NCBI GenBank assembly: GCA_965208675.1
Contig: OZ242351.1
Span: forward strand, 2,848,001 to 2,912,000
DNA: 64,000 nt
Reading direction: 5' to 3'
DNA from: Candidatus Poribacteria bacterium
GTDB taxonomy: Bacteria > Poribacteria > WGA-4E > PCPOR2b
In this document: one piece after another, positions 29,500 to 40,008 of the stretch
Numbering within the stretch: the first letter of the stretch is position 1
How the letters are laid out: each line of letters starts with the position of its first letter
Notes under the pieces: model-generated
What the model was told of the DNA's origin: nothing
What the model saw: only the letters and a program-made list of their open reading frames with translations
Databases searched by the model: none
Program-made: the position numbers and the translations under genes

Positions 29500-29794
29500 A
29501 CAAGACCCGAAATCAATAGCGTCGTTGTGAATCGTGTTAAAACCTGATCGAAAATTCAATTTTTTTTCTGCGATTATTGCCGTAAGCCATAGCCCTAGCG
29601 CGGGATCGACTGAGCGAATAGCGAAGGCGATAGTAAATCCCGCTGGATAGAAGTTCCAGACATCATAGCAGCCCAAACCCTCAAAAATGGCTTTCTCACC
29701 TAATATTCAAACAAGTTTTTAAGTAACAAAAGCGCACTTAAATCGGAATTGCCGCAACGGCTAGTCTTATTCCATTCTTTAACCGAACTTCGCT

Positions 29795-30511
29795 ATGTCT
29801 AAATCTATCGAATCACAAAGCACGCAATGGGAAGAAGAAGGCTATCTTGTATTCAATAACGCCGTTCAAGGTGAGGACTTGGCGCAGCTTCAACGTGCCT
29901 TCGACTACTGGGCGGAACAGTGCAAATCCGACTGGCTAATGCGTGTCGAAGCTGGCGAAGCCGTGAGCACATTTTATGACATACCGGGGGTTTTCGAAAA
30001 GGACGAAATCTTCGTAGACCTGGTTGACCATCCCAGCTACTACCCCTATCTCAAGGCGGTCACGGACGGGGAGGTGATTTTCATGTCACCGCAAGCCCGA
30101 ACCGTCCCGTCATGGCCAGTGACTTACTCCGGTTGGCACCCCGACGTACCCCACACCCATCCGCTGCACATCAAGGTTCAGGTCTATGTGAACGACGTAG
30201 AACCCAGATGCGGCGAATTTGCCTTCGTGCCGGGCAGCCACAAACCGGACGCAGGACCCTATTCCAAAGTGCACCGGTTGGAAAGCATGCCCGGCCACAA
30301 AACCTTTCCAGGCGGTGCGGGTACCGCCATCATGTTTAACTCCTACGGATGGCATGCCGCTATGGATAACCCTACAGGCACGCCCAGAAAATCCGTCATA
30401 CTGATTTATGAGAAATACACCCCGAACCGTGTGCCATCGGGGGCCCACGCCTCCATTGCTCACTACTGTACTACACCGGAGCGTCGAAGACTTTTCAGCC
30501 TGGGGGAGTGA
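29795..30511 (+). CDS. Phytanoyl-CoA dioxygenase (PhyH) family Fe(II)/2OG dioxygenase
   Basis: WHPD, FVPGSHK, WHAAMDN...R. Confidence 0.9.
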   Translation: MSKSIESQSTQWEEEGYLVFNNAVQGEDLAQLQRAFDYWAEQCKSDWLMRVEAGEAVSTFYDIPGVFEKDEIFVDLVDHPSYYPYLKAVTDGEVIFMSPQARTVPSWPVTYSGWHPDVPHTHPLHIKVQVYVNDVEPRCGEFAFVPGSHKPDAGPYSKVHRLESMPGHKTFPGGAGTAIMFNSYGWHAAMDNPTGTPRKSVILIYEKYTPNRVPSGAHASIAHYCTTPERRRLFSLGE

Positions 30512-31401
30512 TGCTGCGAATTGACTCACACGTTCACGTTTTTGCCAAGCCATCCGCCGAGTTTCCGCGAGAAACCGATGCGCTGGCGCCGGCGGAGTTG
30601 GAAGCGCCGGTTGAAAACCTGCTCGCTGAAATGGACGCGCACCGGATTGACCGTGCAATCCTTGTACAGTTGGGCGGCGAGGAAATTGAACACCACGCAT
30701 ACCTGCTTCACAGCTTAAAGACCTACCCCAACCGTTTTCTTGGCATCGGCACGATACCCGCGGACATCTCTGACCCGGCGCCGCATATGGACAAATTGTG
30801 TCAGGAGACAGGAATTATCGGCTTTCGGCTCTTCTCGATTGGAGGACCTAAGGACCCTTTTGCCCAAATAGATGTCCGGAAATTCAGAACCTATCGTATC
30901 TGGGAACATGCGGCGGCGCAGGACTACCTAATCTCGCTTTACGCACGAGCAGTTGACGCTCACCTAATCCCCTATTTACTGGAAGCGTTTCCCCAGCTCA
31001 GAATCGCCATAAACCATCTCGGGGTTTGTCCCGGCAAAGGGAAATTCTCCATTGACGCAAAAGGGCGCCCCCACGTCGAAACACCGATGTACAATCCCGC
31101 TTTTCATACCACCCACCGGCTTGCCCGATATGAAAACGTGATGCTCCAGTTATCCGGCCAATACGCCTTCAGCACGGAAGCTTACCCCTATCGAGACCTT
31201 ACCGGATGGCATCAACACATCATGGGCATCTACGGTGCGGCGCGTCTCATGTGGGCGAGCGATTTCCCATGGATTCAGAAAGACCCCGGTTACGGTCAAC
31301 TCACAAATATCATTAAGGAACTCTTGCCCAATCTATCCGACGTTGAATACGATGACATCATGGGTGGAACGGCGGCGCGATTTTTCAGATTCGCAGATTG
31401 A
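30511..31401 (+). CDS. Amidohydrolase-2 family (lactonase-like)
   Basis: IDSHVHVF, INHLG, RLMWASDFPW, IMGGTA. Confidence 0.9.
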   Translation: MLRIDSHVHVFAKPSAEFPRETDALAPAELEAPVENLLAEMDAHRIDRAILVQLGGEEIEHHAYLLHSLKTYPNRFLGIGTIPADISDPAPHMDKLCQETGIIGFRLFSIGGPKDPFAQIDVRKFRTYRIWEHAAAQDYLISLYARAVDAHLIPYLLEAFPQLRIAINHLGVCPGKGKFSIDAKGRPHVETPMYNPAFHTTHRLARYENVMLQLSGQYAFSTEAYPYRDLTGWHQHIMGIYGAARLMWASDFPWIQKDPGYGQLTNIIKELLPNLSDVEYDDIMGGTAARFFRFAD

Positions 31402-31449
31402 AGCATTCAATATACCGAATTTCTAGTTGTATCACAGGAGGTAGCACTG

Positions 31450-32571
31450 ATGTTGACACAATCGGGTTGTCTAAATCGACAAAACAGATTCCGAGAGCAG
31501 CTTTCCGCAGAGAACATCGACGCAGCCGTGCTGACAGATTACCGCGACGTGTATTATTTCACGGGGATGCTCTCCGCTCAGTTTCCCATATTCTTGCTCC
31601 TGGAAACCGGCGGCGGTTGTTGGCTCGCGGCGAACACGGATGACGGCGTGTCGTGCGTGGACGATTGTACCACCTACGAATGGAACAAACTGGGCACGAT
31701 GAATCCCAACATATTGGACGGCATGAATGAGGTGGTAGCGAAACGAATCCAGGGTGCGGGGGCAATCAAACGGCTGGGTTGGCAAGCGGAGGCAATGCCG
31801 CACCTGCTCAAACAAACCGTTGACAGCGGATTGCAGCCTGATGAATGGGTAGCCGTCGACAATCTGCTCAGGACGATGCAATCGCGAAAAGATCCCGATG
31901 AAGTAGCGCTAATTCGAAAGAGCATTCGTGCCGATCTGGCAGCGTATACCGCAGTGCAGAAGGCGATTTTACCGGGCGAAAACGAACTCGCCGTGCTGGC
32001 AGCCGGCCAACGCGGCGCCATGATGGGAGCCGGCGAGAAGGTCTTTCACGACGGCGACTATCAATGCGGAGTATTTAACGGTCCCGCCCGAAACCGAAAC
32101 ATTGAGCAGGGCGAAATCTACATCGTTGATGCGTGGACCTGTTATCGAGGGTACTGGTCTGACCTCTCGCGCGCCTTCGTCGTCGGAGGTACGCCGACCG
32201 ACCTCCAGCAGTCCGTGTACGACCACATTGCGTCGGTTCAGCGAGAAGTACCTGCACTCTTAACGCCGGGAACCGACGGCACAGAGGTGTGGCACGCACT
32301 CGACGCGCAAATCCGCGAACACCCAGTGCTAGCGGATACCGGTTTAGTTCATCACGGAGGGCACGCCATCGGCCTGCGCGCCCATGAAATGCCAGACCTC
32401 AACCGCGACCGCGGCGGCACGCTCGAAGTCGGCAATGTTGTCTCCGTGGAACCCGGAGGGTACGCGGACGCCCTGAACTACGGCGTGCGCATCGAAAATA
32501 TGTACCTCATCACCGAGTCGGGAGCTGAGAATCTGTCCGAGTATCCGATGGAAATTGTTCCGCGCGCGTAA
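31450..32571 (+). CDS. M24 family (Xaa-Pro) peptidase-like hydrolase
   Basis: GYWSDLSR, HHGGHAIGL.AHE.P, SVEPG, GVRIEN. Confidence 0.9.
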   Translation: MLTQSGCLNRQNRFREQLSAENIDAAVLTDYRDVYYFTGMLSAQFPIFLLLETGGGCWLAANTDDGVSCVDDCTTYEWNKLGTMNPNILDGMNEVVAKRIQGAGAIKRLGWQAEAMPHLLKQTVDSGLQPDEWVAVDNLLRTMQSRKDPDEVALIRKSIRADLAAYTAVQKAILPGENELAVLAAGQRGAMMGAGEKVFHDGDYQCGVFNGPARNRNIEQGEIYIVDAWTCYRGYWSDLSRAFVVGGTPTDLQQSVYDHIASVQREVPALLTPGTDGTEVWHALDAQIREHPVLADTGLVHHGGHAIGLRAHEMPDLNRDRGGTLEVGNVVSVEPGGYADALNYGVRIENMYLITESGAENLSEYPMEIVPRA

Positions 32572-32592
32572 GAATGTTGAAAGGATTACGCT

Positions 32593-33954
32593 ATGGCAAC
32601 TGATCTTGCCCATCACATTCAAGGTACATCTCTCGTGGACACCCATGAACACCTGCGGAAGGAAAACGAGTGGGTGGAGAATGGACCCGATATCCTTCAA
32701 GACCTTTTTGGAAACTATGTTGCCGCAGACCTACACACGGCTGGCGCGTCGCCCAAAGCCATGCAACGATTGTTGAGCATCAACGGGCCTTATTCTTATG
32801 CAAACCCTTCAACGGGCGATACGCCAGAATTGATGAACCCGTCCGGCGGCGGAATCGCAGCGCGATTCGAGGATATCCGAGAGGCGTGGGAAGCGTCGCA
32901 ATTCACCGGATACGGCGAGGCTGTGCGGCTCATCGCAAAGGAAGTGTACGGAATTGAAGAAATCACTGGCGAAAACCTCGCAGCCGCGCAAGAAAAACTT
33001 CAGGCGTTACGTCGCCCGGGTGAACGCTATCGGTTGCTGTACGAATTGGCTAATCTGGATCATGTCCAAATCGACGACTTCTGTTGGGCGTGCCTGCCCG
33101 ATCACTCCGGACCCGACTTCTTCCTGTACGATTTATCCTGGGTAGGGTTTTGCGAAGGACAGATCAATGCCGAGCAAATCTACGACGAAACCGGTGTAGA
33201 GGTGAGCGGCTTGGCGTCGCTGAGACAGGCGATGGAGGCAATTTTCGAAAAGTGGGCGCCGTGCGCAATCGCCGTAAAGTCGCAGCACGCCTACAGTCGA
33301 ACCCTTAGCTGGATCGAACGGGGCGATGCGGAAGCCGCCGCTGCCCTCAAAACCGTGTTGTGCCAACCCGCCGAAGAAGTGAGTGTCGAGACCCGCCTGT
33401 GCCTCGGCGATTGGTGTTGGGCACGCGGCGTCGAATTATCGACTGAGCACAACCTCCCGTTCAAGATTCATACCGGCTACTACGCCGGCAACGACCGCTT
33501 GCCCATAAGCCGTATTCCCGCCGGGAACATGTGCGCCCTATTCGCCCGCTATCCTGAGGTTAAATTTGTCCTGATGCACATCGCCTATCCCTACAGCGAT
33601 GAGTTGGTTGCGCTCGCGAAGCACTACCGCAACATCTGGGTGGATCTCTGCTGGGCGTGGAGCATCGATCCGTATACCTCACGCGACTTCTTACGCCGCT
33701 TCCTCCATGCGGTTCCGGTAAACAAGCTCTTCGCCTTCGGCGGGGATACCGGATGGCCCGCCGCAACCGTGGCTTACGCCATTCAAGCCCGCCGCGAAAT
33801 TCAACGCGCACTCGAAGCGGAAATTGACGAAGGGTACATGACCGAAAAGGATGCCATGGCGATTGCAACGCGCATCATGCGGAGCAACCAGTTCTCCTGC
33901 TTCGATGTCGAAGGCACCCGCAAAAATGTACGTAAGACGAACGCACTATTGTAG
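32593..33954 (+). CDS. Amidohydrolase superfamily protein
   Basis: VDTHEH, KIHTG, FVLMHIAYP, DLCWAW, FGGD. Confidence 0.88.
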   Translation: MATDLAHHIQGTSLVDTHEHLRKENEWVENGPDILQDLFGNYVAADLHTAGASPKAMQRLLSINGPYSYANPSTGDTPELMNPSGGGIAARFEDIREAWEASQFTGYGEAVRLIAKEVYGIEEITGENLAAAQEKLQALRRPGERYRLLYELANLDHVQIDDFCWACLPDHSGPDFFLYDLSWVGFCEGQINAEQIYDETGVEVSGLASLRQAMEAIFEKWAPCAIAVKSQHAYSRTLSWIERGDAEAAAALKTVLCQPAEEVSVETRLCLGDWCWARGVELSTEHNLPFKIHTGYYAGNDRLPISRIPAGNMCALFARYPEVKFVLMHIAYPYSDELVALAKHYRNIWVDLCWAWSIDPYTSRDFLRRFLHAVPVNKLFAFGGDTGWPAATVAYAIQARREIQRALEAEIDEGYMTEKDAMAIATRIMRSNQFSCFDVEGTRKNVRKTNALL

Positions 33955-34095
33955 GTGGGACATCTTGCCCCGCATGTTTCACATTGACGCCGCTAAATTC
34001 ATAAAGCCTCAAAGACCATTGTCACACGATACACCATTTGTAGACGGGACATCTTAACCCGCTACAGCCGCCGTAGGCGGGGCATCTCGCCCCGC
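33951..34095. repeat. Cluster of three GTAG-type REP-like hairpins
   Basis: GTAGGTGGGACATCTTGCCCCGC (33951), GTAGACGGGACATCTTAACCCGCTAC (34040), GTAGGCGGGGCATCTCGCCCCGC (34073). Confidence 0.8.
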
Positions 34096-34154
34096 ACGCT
34101 TCTAATTTCTCCAATTTCAATCGAACAAATTTCTGATTTCCAACAGAGGAAAAT

Positions 34155-35219
34155 ATGCCAACATTTGCAGCCGATAATCTTAGAGAATTTTCAATAAACA
34201 TATTTGAGGGCGTCGGGGTGCCCCATACGGAAGCGGAGATCGTCAGCGATCATCTCATCGACGCAAGTTTAGCTGGACTAGATTCCCACGGCGTACTTCG
34301 TATCCCCCAATATGTCAACGCAATCCGAGTGGAGCACAGAATCTTGCCGGGCGCCAAGCTGGAAATCGTGCGAGACACACCATCCGGTTTGTTAATAAAC
34401 GGCAACTTCGGGTTCGGTCAGGTCGTGGCGCATGAGGCGATGGAATTGGCTATCCGTAAGGCGCGCCAGACGGCTATCTGCGCTGCCAGCGTATATAACT
34501 GTTTTCACACCGGGCGTCTCGGCAGTTATACGGAGATGGCAGCGAATCAAGGGTTAATCGGGATGATGATGGTGAATGCGGGTGGATGCGGACAGTGGGT
34601 TGCCCCGTTCGGCGGCATTGCCAAGCGTATCGGAACCAACCCAATCTCAATCGGCGTACCCACAGGTGAAGGCGATCCAGTCGTGGTGGACATCGCTACC
34701 AGCACTGCGCCCGAGGGAAAAATTCGCGCCCTGCACAACAAGGGCGCAAAAGTTCCAGAGGGGCTGATAATCGACCACGAGGGGCAGCCTGCGACGAATA
34801 CTGCCGATTTTTACGGACCTCCGGCGGGGGCTTTGCTCCCATTGGGCGGGGCTCTCGGATACAAAGGAACTGGACTCGGCCTCATCGTCGATATCATGGC
34901 GGGTGGCATCTCTGGTATCGGATGTTGCCGCCCTGACGCCCCGCAAGAACCCGATAGCGACGGCGTGTTCATGATTGCTATTGATATCCAGCAGTTCACG
35001 CCGTTGGAGGAGTTTTACCCTCGCGTTACGCAACTGGTTGAGCACGTCAAATCGTCGCCGCCTGCGCCGGGCTTCAGTGAAGTGCTCGTGCCCGGCGAAC
35101 CGGAGTCGCGCCAGAAAAAACACCGCACCGTACACGGCATCTCCGTCGATGAGACAACATGGAGTCAAATCCAAGAAATCGCCGACGGACTAGACCTCGC
35201 AAGCCCCAATCCCCTGTAA
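34155..35219 (+). CDS. Ldh_2 family (malate/L-lactate/sulfolactate/ureidoglycolate dehydrogenase-like) oxidoreductase
   Basis: GLDSHGV, FHTGRLG, GTNPI, DIATS, GYKGTGL, VPGEPE. Confidence 0.93.
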   Translation: MPTFAADNLREFSINIFEGVGVPHTEAEIVSDHLIDASLAGLDSHGVLRIPQYVNAIRVEHRILPGAKLEIVRDTPSGLLINGNFGFGQVVAHEAMELAIRKARQTAICAASVYNCFHTGRLGSYTEMAANQGLIGMMMVNAGGCGQWVAPFGGIAKRIGTNPISIGVPTGEGDPVVVDIATSTAPEGKIRALHNKGAKVPEGLIIDHEGQPATNTADFYGPPAGALLPLGGALGYKGTGLGLIVDIMAGGISGIGCCRPDAPQEPDSDGVFMIAIDIQQFTPLEEFYPRVTQLVEHVKSSPPAPGFSEVLVPGEPESRQKKHRTVHGISVDETTWSQIQEIADGLDLASPNPL

Positions 35220-35360
35220 AACCAACCTTGACAATATCTGTGGGAGGGGCTTTCCAGCCACGATTTTCTAGACAAGCATATCCCTCTAAAAGATGAATTT
35301 GTCAACCGTAAATCCGAATTCAGCTAAATCCCATTTCAGGTGTATTGGAGATCGAATTTG

Positions 35361-37276
35361 ATGAAAGAGACACTGTGTTTCATAGTTAATCTTTTTGCCA
35401 TCGCCATTCTTTTACTGCAGAATAGCTTCGCACAAGATTACACGCGCCAGGGTTTACCTCAAGGCGCCATAGCACGCCTCGGTAAGGGTACGATAAGTGA
35501 CATTGCGTATTCACCCGACGGCGCTCAGCTAGCGGTGGCGAGCAGCATAGGAATCTGGCTCTATGATGCGCACACTGGGGCAGAAATTACCCTGCTTACT
35601 GGGCATACCGATGGCGTTGCGTGTGTGGCTTATTCCCCGGACGGTAGCACGCTCGCTAGCGGGAGTTTTGACACGACGATTCGGTTGTGGGATACGGAGA
35701 CCGGATGGTATAAGGCGACCCTTGAGGGGCATTCGGATTGGGTTAAATCCCTAGTATTCTCACGAGATGGCAGGATGCTTGCGAGTGGGAGTGCTGACAA
35801 TACAATTCGACTGTGGGATACGGCAACCGGATGGTGTAAGGGCACCCTGACAGGGCATACGGATAATGTCACTTCTGTGGTGTTTTCTCCAAATGGCATG
35901 ACGCTGGCGAGTGGGGATTGGGACGGCACGATTCGTGTATGGGTCGCCAAAACGGGCAAACACAAGAGGAGCCATGACGGAGGATATTCGATCTTTTCCC
36001 TTGTTTTCGCGCCAGATGGTCGGACTCTCGCCAGCGGGGGTCTTATGGAATTTGGTGACGATAAGACGACTATTTCATTGTGGGATGCTGCGACGGGACA
36101 ACACAAACAGTATATTGAAGGCCCTAGGTACTCCTGGGGCATTTCCATCGCATATTCTCCAGACGGTCGCACGCTAGCAAGTGGAGCTGGGAGCGGACCA
36201 ACTCGACTGTGGAATTCCACCGGGCAACACAAGCGGACACTTGAGACGGGGGATGTCAATTCCGTGGCGTTTTCACCGTATGGTGAGATGCTAGCCATTG
36301 TGGAAGACAGCAACACCATTCGGTTGTGGAGTGCCACCACCGGACGCCCCAAGCAGACCCTTGTAACGCATATGGGCGCGGTTAATTCGGTGACGTATTC
36401 CACAGATGGAAAGACGCTGGCGAGTGGGGGCGATGGCACGACCATTCGACTGTGGGACGCCACCACAGGACTACTCAAGCAGATTCTTGAGGGACATACG
36501 TATCGGATTGGTTCTGTAACGTATTCTCCGGGTGGAAGGACACTGGCCAGTGGGAGCGAGGACGATACCGTTCGATTGTGGGATGCTGTGACGGGTCAAC
36601 ACAGGGCCACGCTTGAAGGGCATAAATCTCCAATTGAATCTGTCGCGTTCTCTCCGGACGGAATCACGCTGGCGAGTGGAAGTAAGGACGGAACCATTCG
36701 GTTTGGGATACAACGACAGGACGACTCAGGTGGCCCCTTGTAGGGCACACTAGTTGGGTCACGTCTGTAGCATATTCTCCAGATGGAAGCACGCTTGCTA
36801 GCGGAGGCGATGACGATACGATACGGCTATGGGATGCCGTGACGGGACGCTCTAAGGCGATTGTCGGGCGGTTTTCTAGCCATACGGAGAAGATCACGTG
36901 CGTTGCGTATTCTCCAGATGGTCGGACGCTAGCGAGTGGGAGTTGGGACAAGACGATTCGGCTGTGGGATACCGTCACGGGACAACACATGCGGACCCTT
37001 GAAGGACATACGGGTCCTATTAACTCCTTGTCTTATTCTCCAGATGGTGGCACCGTTGCTAGTGGAAGTTTGAGTGGTTACAGGAATGATGACAATACGA
37101 TTCGGTTGTGGGACGCCGAGACCGGCAGGCACAAGGCTACCCTTGTGGGACATACGAATGCGGTCAATTCCGTGGCATATTCCGCAGATGGCAAGATACT
37201 AGCAAGCGGGAGTTCGGACGGAACAATTCTCCTATGGGATGTAGAGCCAACGGTCGGATCGCCGTCGTCGCGCTGA
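35361..37276 (+). pseudogene. Secreted 14-repeat WD40 protein, frameshifted near 36701-36704, without C-terminal FlgD-Ig domain
   Basis: Same N-cap (AQDYTRQGLPQGAIARLGKG); cgg ttt ggg ata lacks one base versus cgg ttN tgg gat; shifted frame reads WDTTTGRLRWPLVGHTSWVTSVAYSPDG to TGA 37276; 10+4 repeats. Confidence 0.85.
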
Positions 37277-37290
37277 ACTTAACGCAACTT

Positions 37291-37557
37291 TTGTAGGTTG
37301 GGTTAAGCGGGTTGCGCCAAAAAAATATCCATGGTAAAACAACGCCGCAAATACAAAACCACGCTCTTCACAAAATACATAAAGCGTAACCCAACGCTTT
37401 TCGTATAACCAAACCACCTCCACCCAACGACAAACTTCCGAATTACCAAAAACGTTGGGTTATGCTACCTCACATAGATTTGTTAACGCAATCAAACCAC
37501 GATAGGTTCGCGGTATAATCACGCGTTTCCCTAAACCCCGCTCAACCCAACCTACAA
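37291..37557. repeat. REPIN/MITE-like element with nested inverted repeats
   Basis: Outer TTGTAGGTTGGGTTAAGCGGG / CCCGCTCAACCCAACCTACAA; inner GCGTAACCCAACG (37384) / CGTTGGGTTATGC (37453). Confidence 0.85.
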
Positions 37558-37581
37558 GAATTCGGTTTCTTACTCTAAAAA

Positions 37582-39936
37582 CTAATCCCTAACAACCAGC
37601 ATTCTGCTCGACGATCGCCCCTCGTCGTCAACGCAGGTCAATTGATGCCTCCCCGCAACGGGCGTTAAAAAAACCGGCTCATCGGGCGCCCCCTTAAAAA
37701 CCAACTCTCCATTCACAAACCAGAAAATCTGTTTCGTTCGATTGGACACGGACGCAGCTAAAAGCAGTTTTTGATATTCAAGTTCCACACCCGACCGAAT
37801 GAGGTATTCGCTGTCCTCTGACGGCGATCGAATGACGGGTCCTTGACCGGCAACGACCCCAACGCAATCTGGATTGTGCGGCGGAATCGGTTGAATCGCG
37901 TAGCCGTTTTTGCTCAACCATGTCCCGACCGCCGGATGCCACTCCTCAAAAACCGCCTGGTGGTAAGATCTCCCGATTCGGCAGTGTGAGCAGAGCGACG
38001 CTCCGGTTTCATTATCGATTGTAATTTGCTTGTGTACGCGGCACGGCGTGTTGGTAGAGCGGTTAACGATGTAATCGCCGGCTTTGGTAGTCGGACAGTT
38101 CGCCGACCTCACCATCCCGCTCAGGGCGCACACCTCTCGCGTGCTGACTTGATATGGGCGAGTATACCATCGGTTGGCAGCGGAGTTCGTCAGTCCATTG
38201 AACAGCGCAAATAGAATCGGCGCTGCAACTTCCGACCCGACGAGCGACGGCGCACCGTGCCCGTCGAAGTTTCCCACCCAAACCCCGATTGTGTATGACG
38301 GTGTGTACCCGACGCTCCAGGCATCTCTATGTCCGTAAGAGGTGCCCGTCTTCCAAGCGACTTTGGGGAGGTTTATTGACGCTTCATACGCGGTAGGCAA
38401 ATCCGGGCGGCGTACTTCCGTCAACATCTCGGTAAGAATGAAACTAGCGCCCCTGCTGAATAGCCGCTTCGTGGAAAAATTGGGTACCGTGTCTCCGCTC
38501 GATTTAATTAATTGATGCTGCTCAAATTCGCCAAGATTGGCGAGTCCGGCGTAGAGTGTTGTCAACTCCAGCAACGTAACCTCGCAACTACCCAAGATCA
38601 ACGACAATCCGTAGTGGGGCTTAGGTTCAGGCAGCGTAGAAACTCTAGCCCGTTTGAGAAAATCGTAGACGCTGTCATTTCCGAGTTGCGCGTATAGGTT
38701 AACGGCGGGTACGTTGAGCGAATGGGCGAGCGCCTCCCGTGCCGTCACATAGCCGCGGTAATCCCCATCATAGTTGACAGGGCTGAAGCCCAAGTAATCA
38801 ACGGGAACATCGTGTAAAAGGCTTTCCGGCGTGATTAATCCCCGCTCTAAGGCAAGCCCATAGATGAACGGCTTGAGCGCGGAACCTGGCGAACGCGGAG
38901 CCAGTGCACCGTTGACCTGCCCCTCGCTTGCGTAATCGAAGAAATCGTGCGAGCCGACCATCGCTAGCACTTCTCGGCTTGTCGTATCCATCACCACAAC
39001 GGCACCGGTTGTAATCTCCGCTCGCCTCATAGGTGCGAGATGTTCACGAAGTACGCGCGCTGAAAGTTGCTGAATTTCGGAATCGATCGTCGAATTGATT
39101 AGGTGTCCTCTGGAAGACTCTGTTTTCGCCAGCAGCCTGGTTAAGTGGGGTGCCTTAAACGGCATCGGGTAACGTTTCGTCGGAATTGACTCACTGGCGG
39201 CTTCTTGCATCTCACTCAAGCCGATTTTCCCAAATCTGCGCATCTGCCGCAGCACCTTCTTTCGTGCTGCCCGCGTGTTATCCGGATAAACATCCGGACG
39301 CAGATACGTCGGCGAATTCGGAATAGCAGCCAGCAGCGCGGCTTCCCCTAAACTGAGACCGTTCTGGGGTTTATTGAAATAGACGCGAGACGCCGCTGCA
39401 GACCCGACGATATTGCCGCCGTAGGGCGCCAAATTAAAGTAAATGGTCAATATTTCGTCTTTGGAGAAGGCAAGTTCAAGTTGGAGGGCGCGGAACATCT
39501 CAACCAACTTGTTCGGAACCGTACGCGCTTTCGGTTCCATCATGCGCGCAACCTGCATTGTTATGGTCGATCCACCTCGGACGATTTTCCCCGCCTTGAT
39601 GTTGTCGATTGCCGCTTGCAATATCGAGAACGGATTAATCCCGAAGTGACAGTAAAACCAGCGGTCTTCGTATGTCAACACCGCGGTTCGCAGCTTTGGC
39701 GAAATCTCATCCAAGGAGGGTTCGGGGATGTGCCACGACTCATCGGACGCGATGAAAGCCCGGAGCCATTCGCCGTTGCGGTCGAGAACTATGGTTGAAG
39801 CCGGCGGACGCAGCTTCTCCACAGGCAGCGGGAACAACCGATTCGCCAACTGGAACAGCACTAATGGAACGAGCACGGTTCCTGATATCAGATAGAGGCA
39901 GAATCGGACCCGTTTCGAATGTAGGTATCTGCGCAT
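37582..39936 (-). CDS. pbpC: Penicillin-binding protein 1C
   Basis: EDRWFYCHFGINP, GGSTITMQVAR, SALKP, SLN, KTGTSYG; adjacent to A2M. Confidence 0.96.
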   Translation of the reverse strand: MRRYLHSKRVRFCLYLISGTVLVPLVLFQLANRLFPLPVEKLRPPASTIVLDRNGEWLRAFIASDESWHIPEPSLDEISPKLRTAVLTYEDRWFYCHFGINPFSILQAAIDNIKAGKIVRGGSTITMQVARMMEPKARTVPNKLVEMFRALQLELAFSKDEILTIYFNLAPYGGNIVGSAAASRVYFNKPQNGLSLGEAALLAAIPNSPTYLRPDVYPDNTRAARKKVLRQMRRFGKIGLSEMQEAASESIPTKRYPMPFKAPHLTRLLAKTESSRGHLINSTIDSEIQQLSARVLREHLAPMRRAEITTGAVVVMDTTSREVLAMVGSHDFFDYASEGQVNGALAPRSPGSALKPFIYGLALERGLITPESLLHDVPVDYLGFSPVNYDGDYRGYVTAREALAHSLNVPAVNLYAQLGNDSVYDFLKRARVSTLPEPKPHYGLSLILGSCEVTLLELTTLYAGLANLGEFEQHQLIKSSGDTVPNFSTKRLFSRGASFILTEMLTEVRRPDLPTAYEASINLPKVAWKTGTSYGHRDAWSVGYTPSYTIGVWVGNFDGHGAPSLVGSEVAAPILFALFNGLTNSAANRWYTRPYQVSTREVCALSGMVRSANCPTTKAGDYIVNRSTNTPCRVHKQITIDNETGASLCSHCRIGRSYHQAVFEEWHPAVGTWLSKNGYAIQPIPPHNPDCVGVVAGQGPVIRSPSEDSEYLIRSGVELEYQKLLLAASVSNRTKQIFWFVNGELVFKGAPDEPVFLTPVAGRHQLTCVDDEGRSSSRMLVVRD

Positions 39937-40008
39937 TTTAACCTTTGCTCAGGTAGTTTGACAATCACAGGCGAATAATGTTAACGTGACTCCACGTTCG
40001 TTCAAAAA

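Noticed and set aside
29479-29676. 65-aa minus ORF / possible IS remnant
   Set aside because: No transposase motifs or terminal repeats recognised; it runs into a REP.
33951-34095. CRISPR array
   Set aside because: Only three imperfect copies with irregular spacing, GTAG-hairpin REP structure, and no cas genes.
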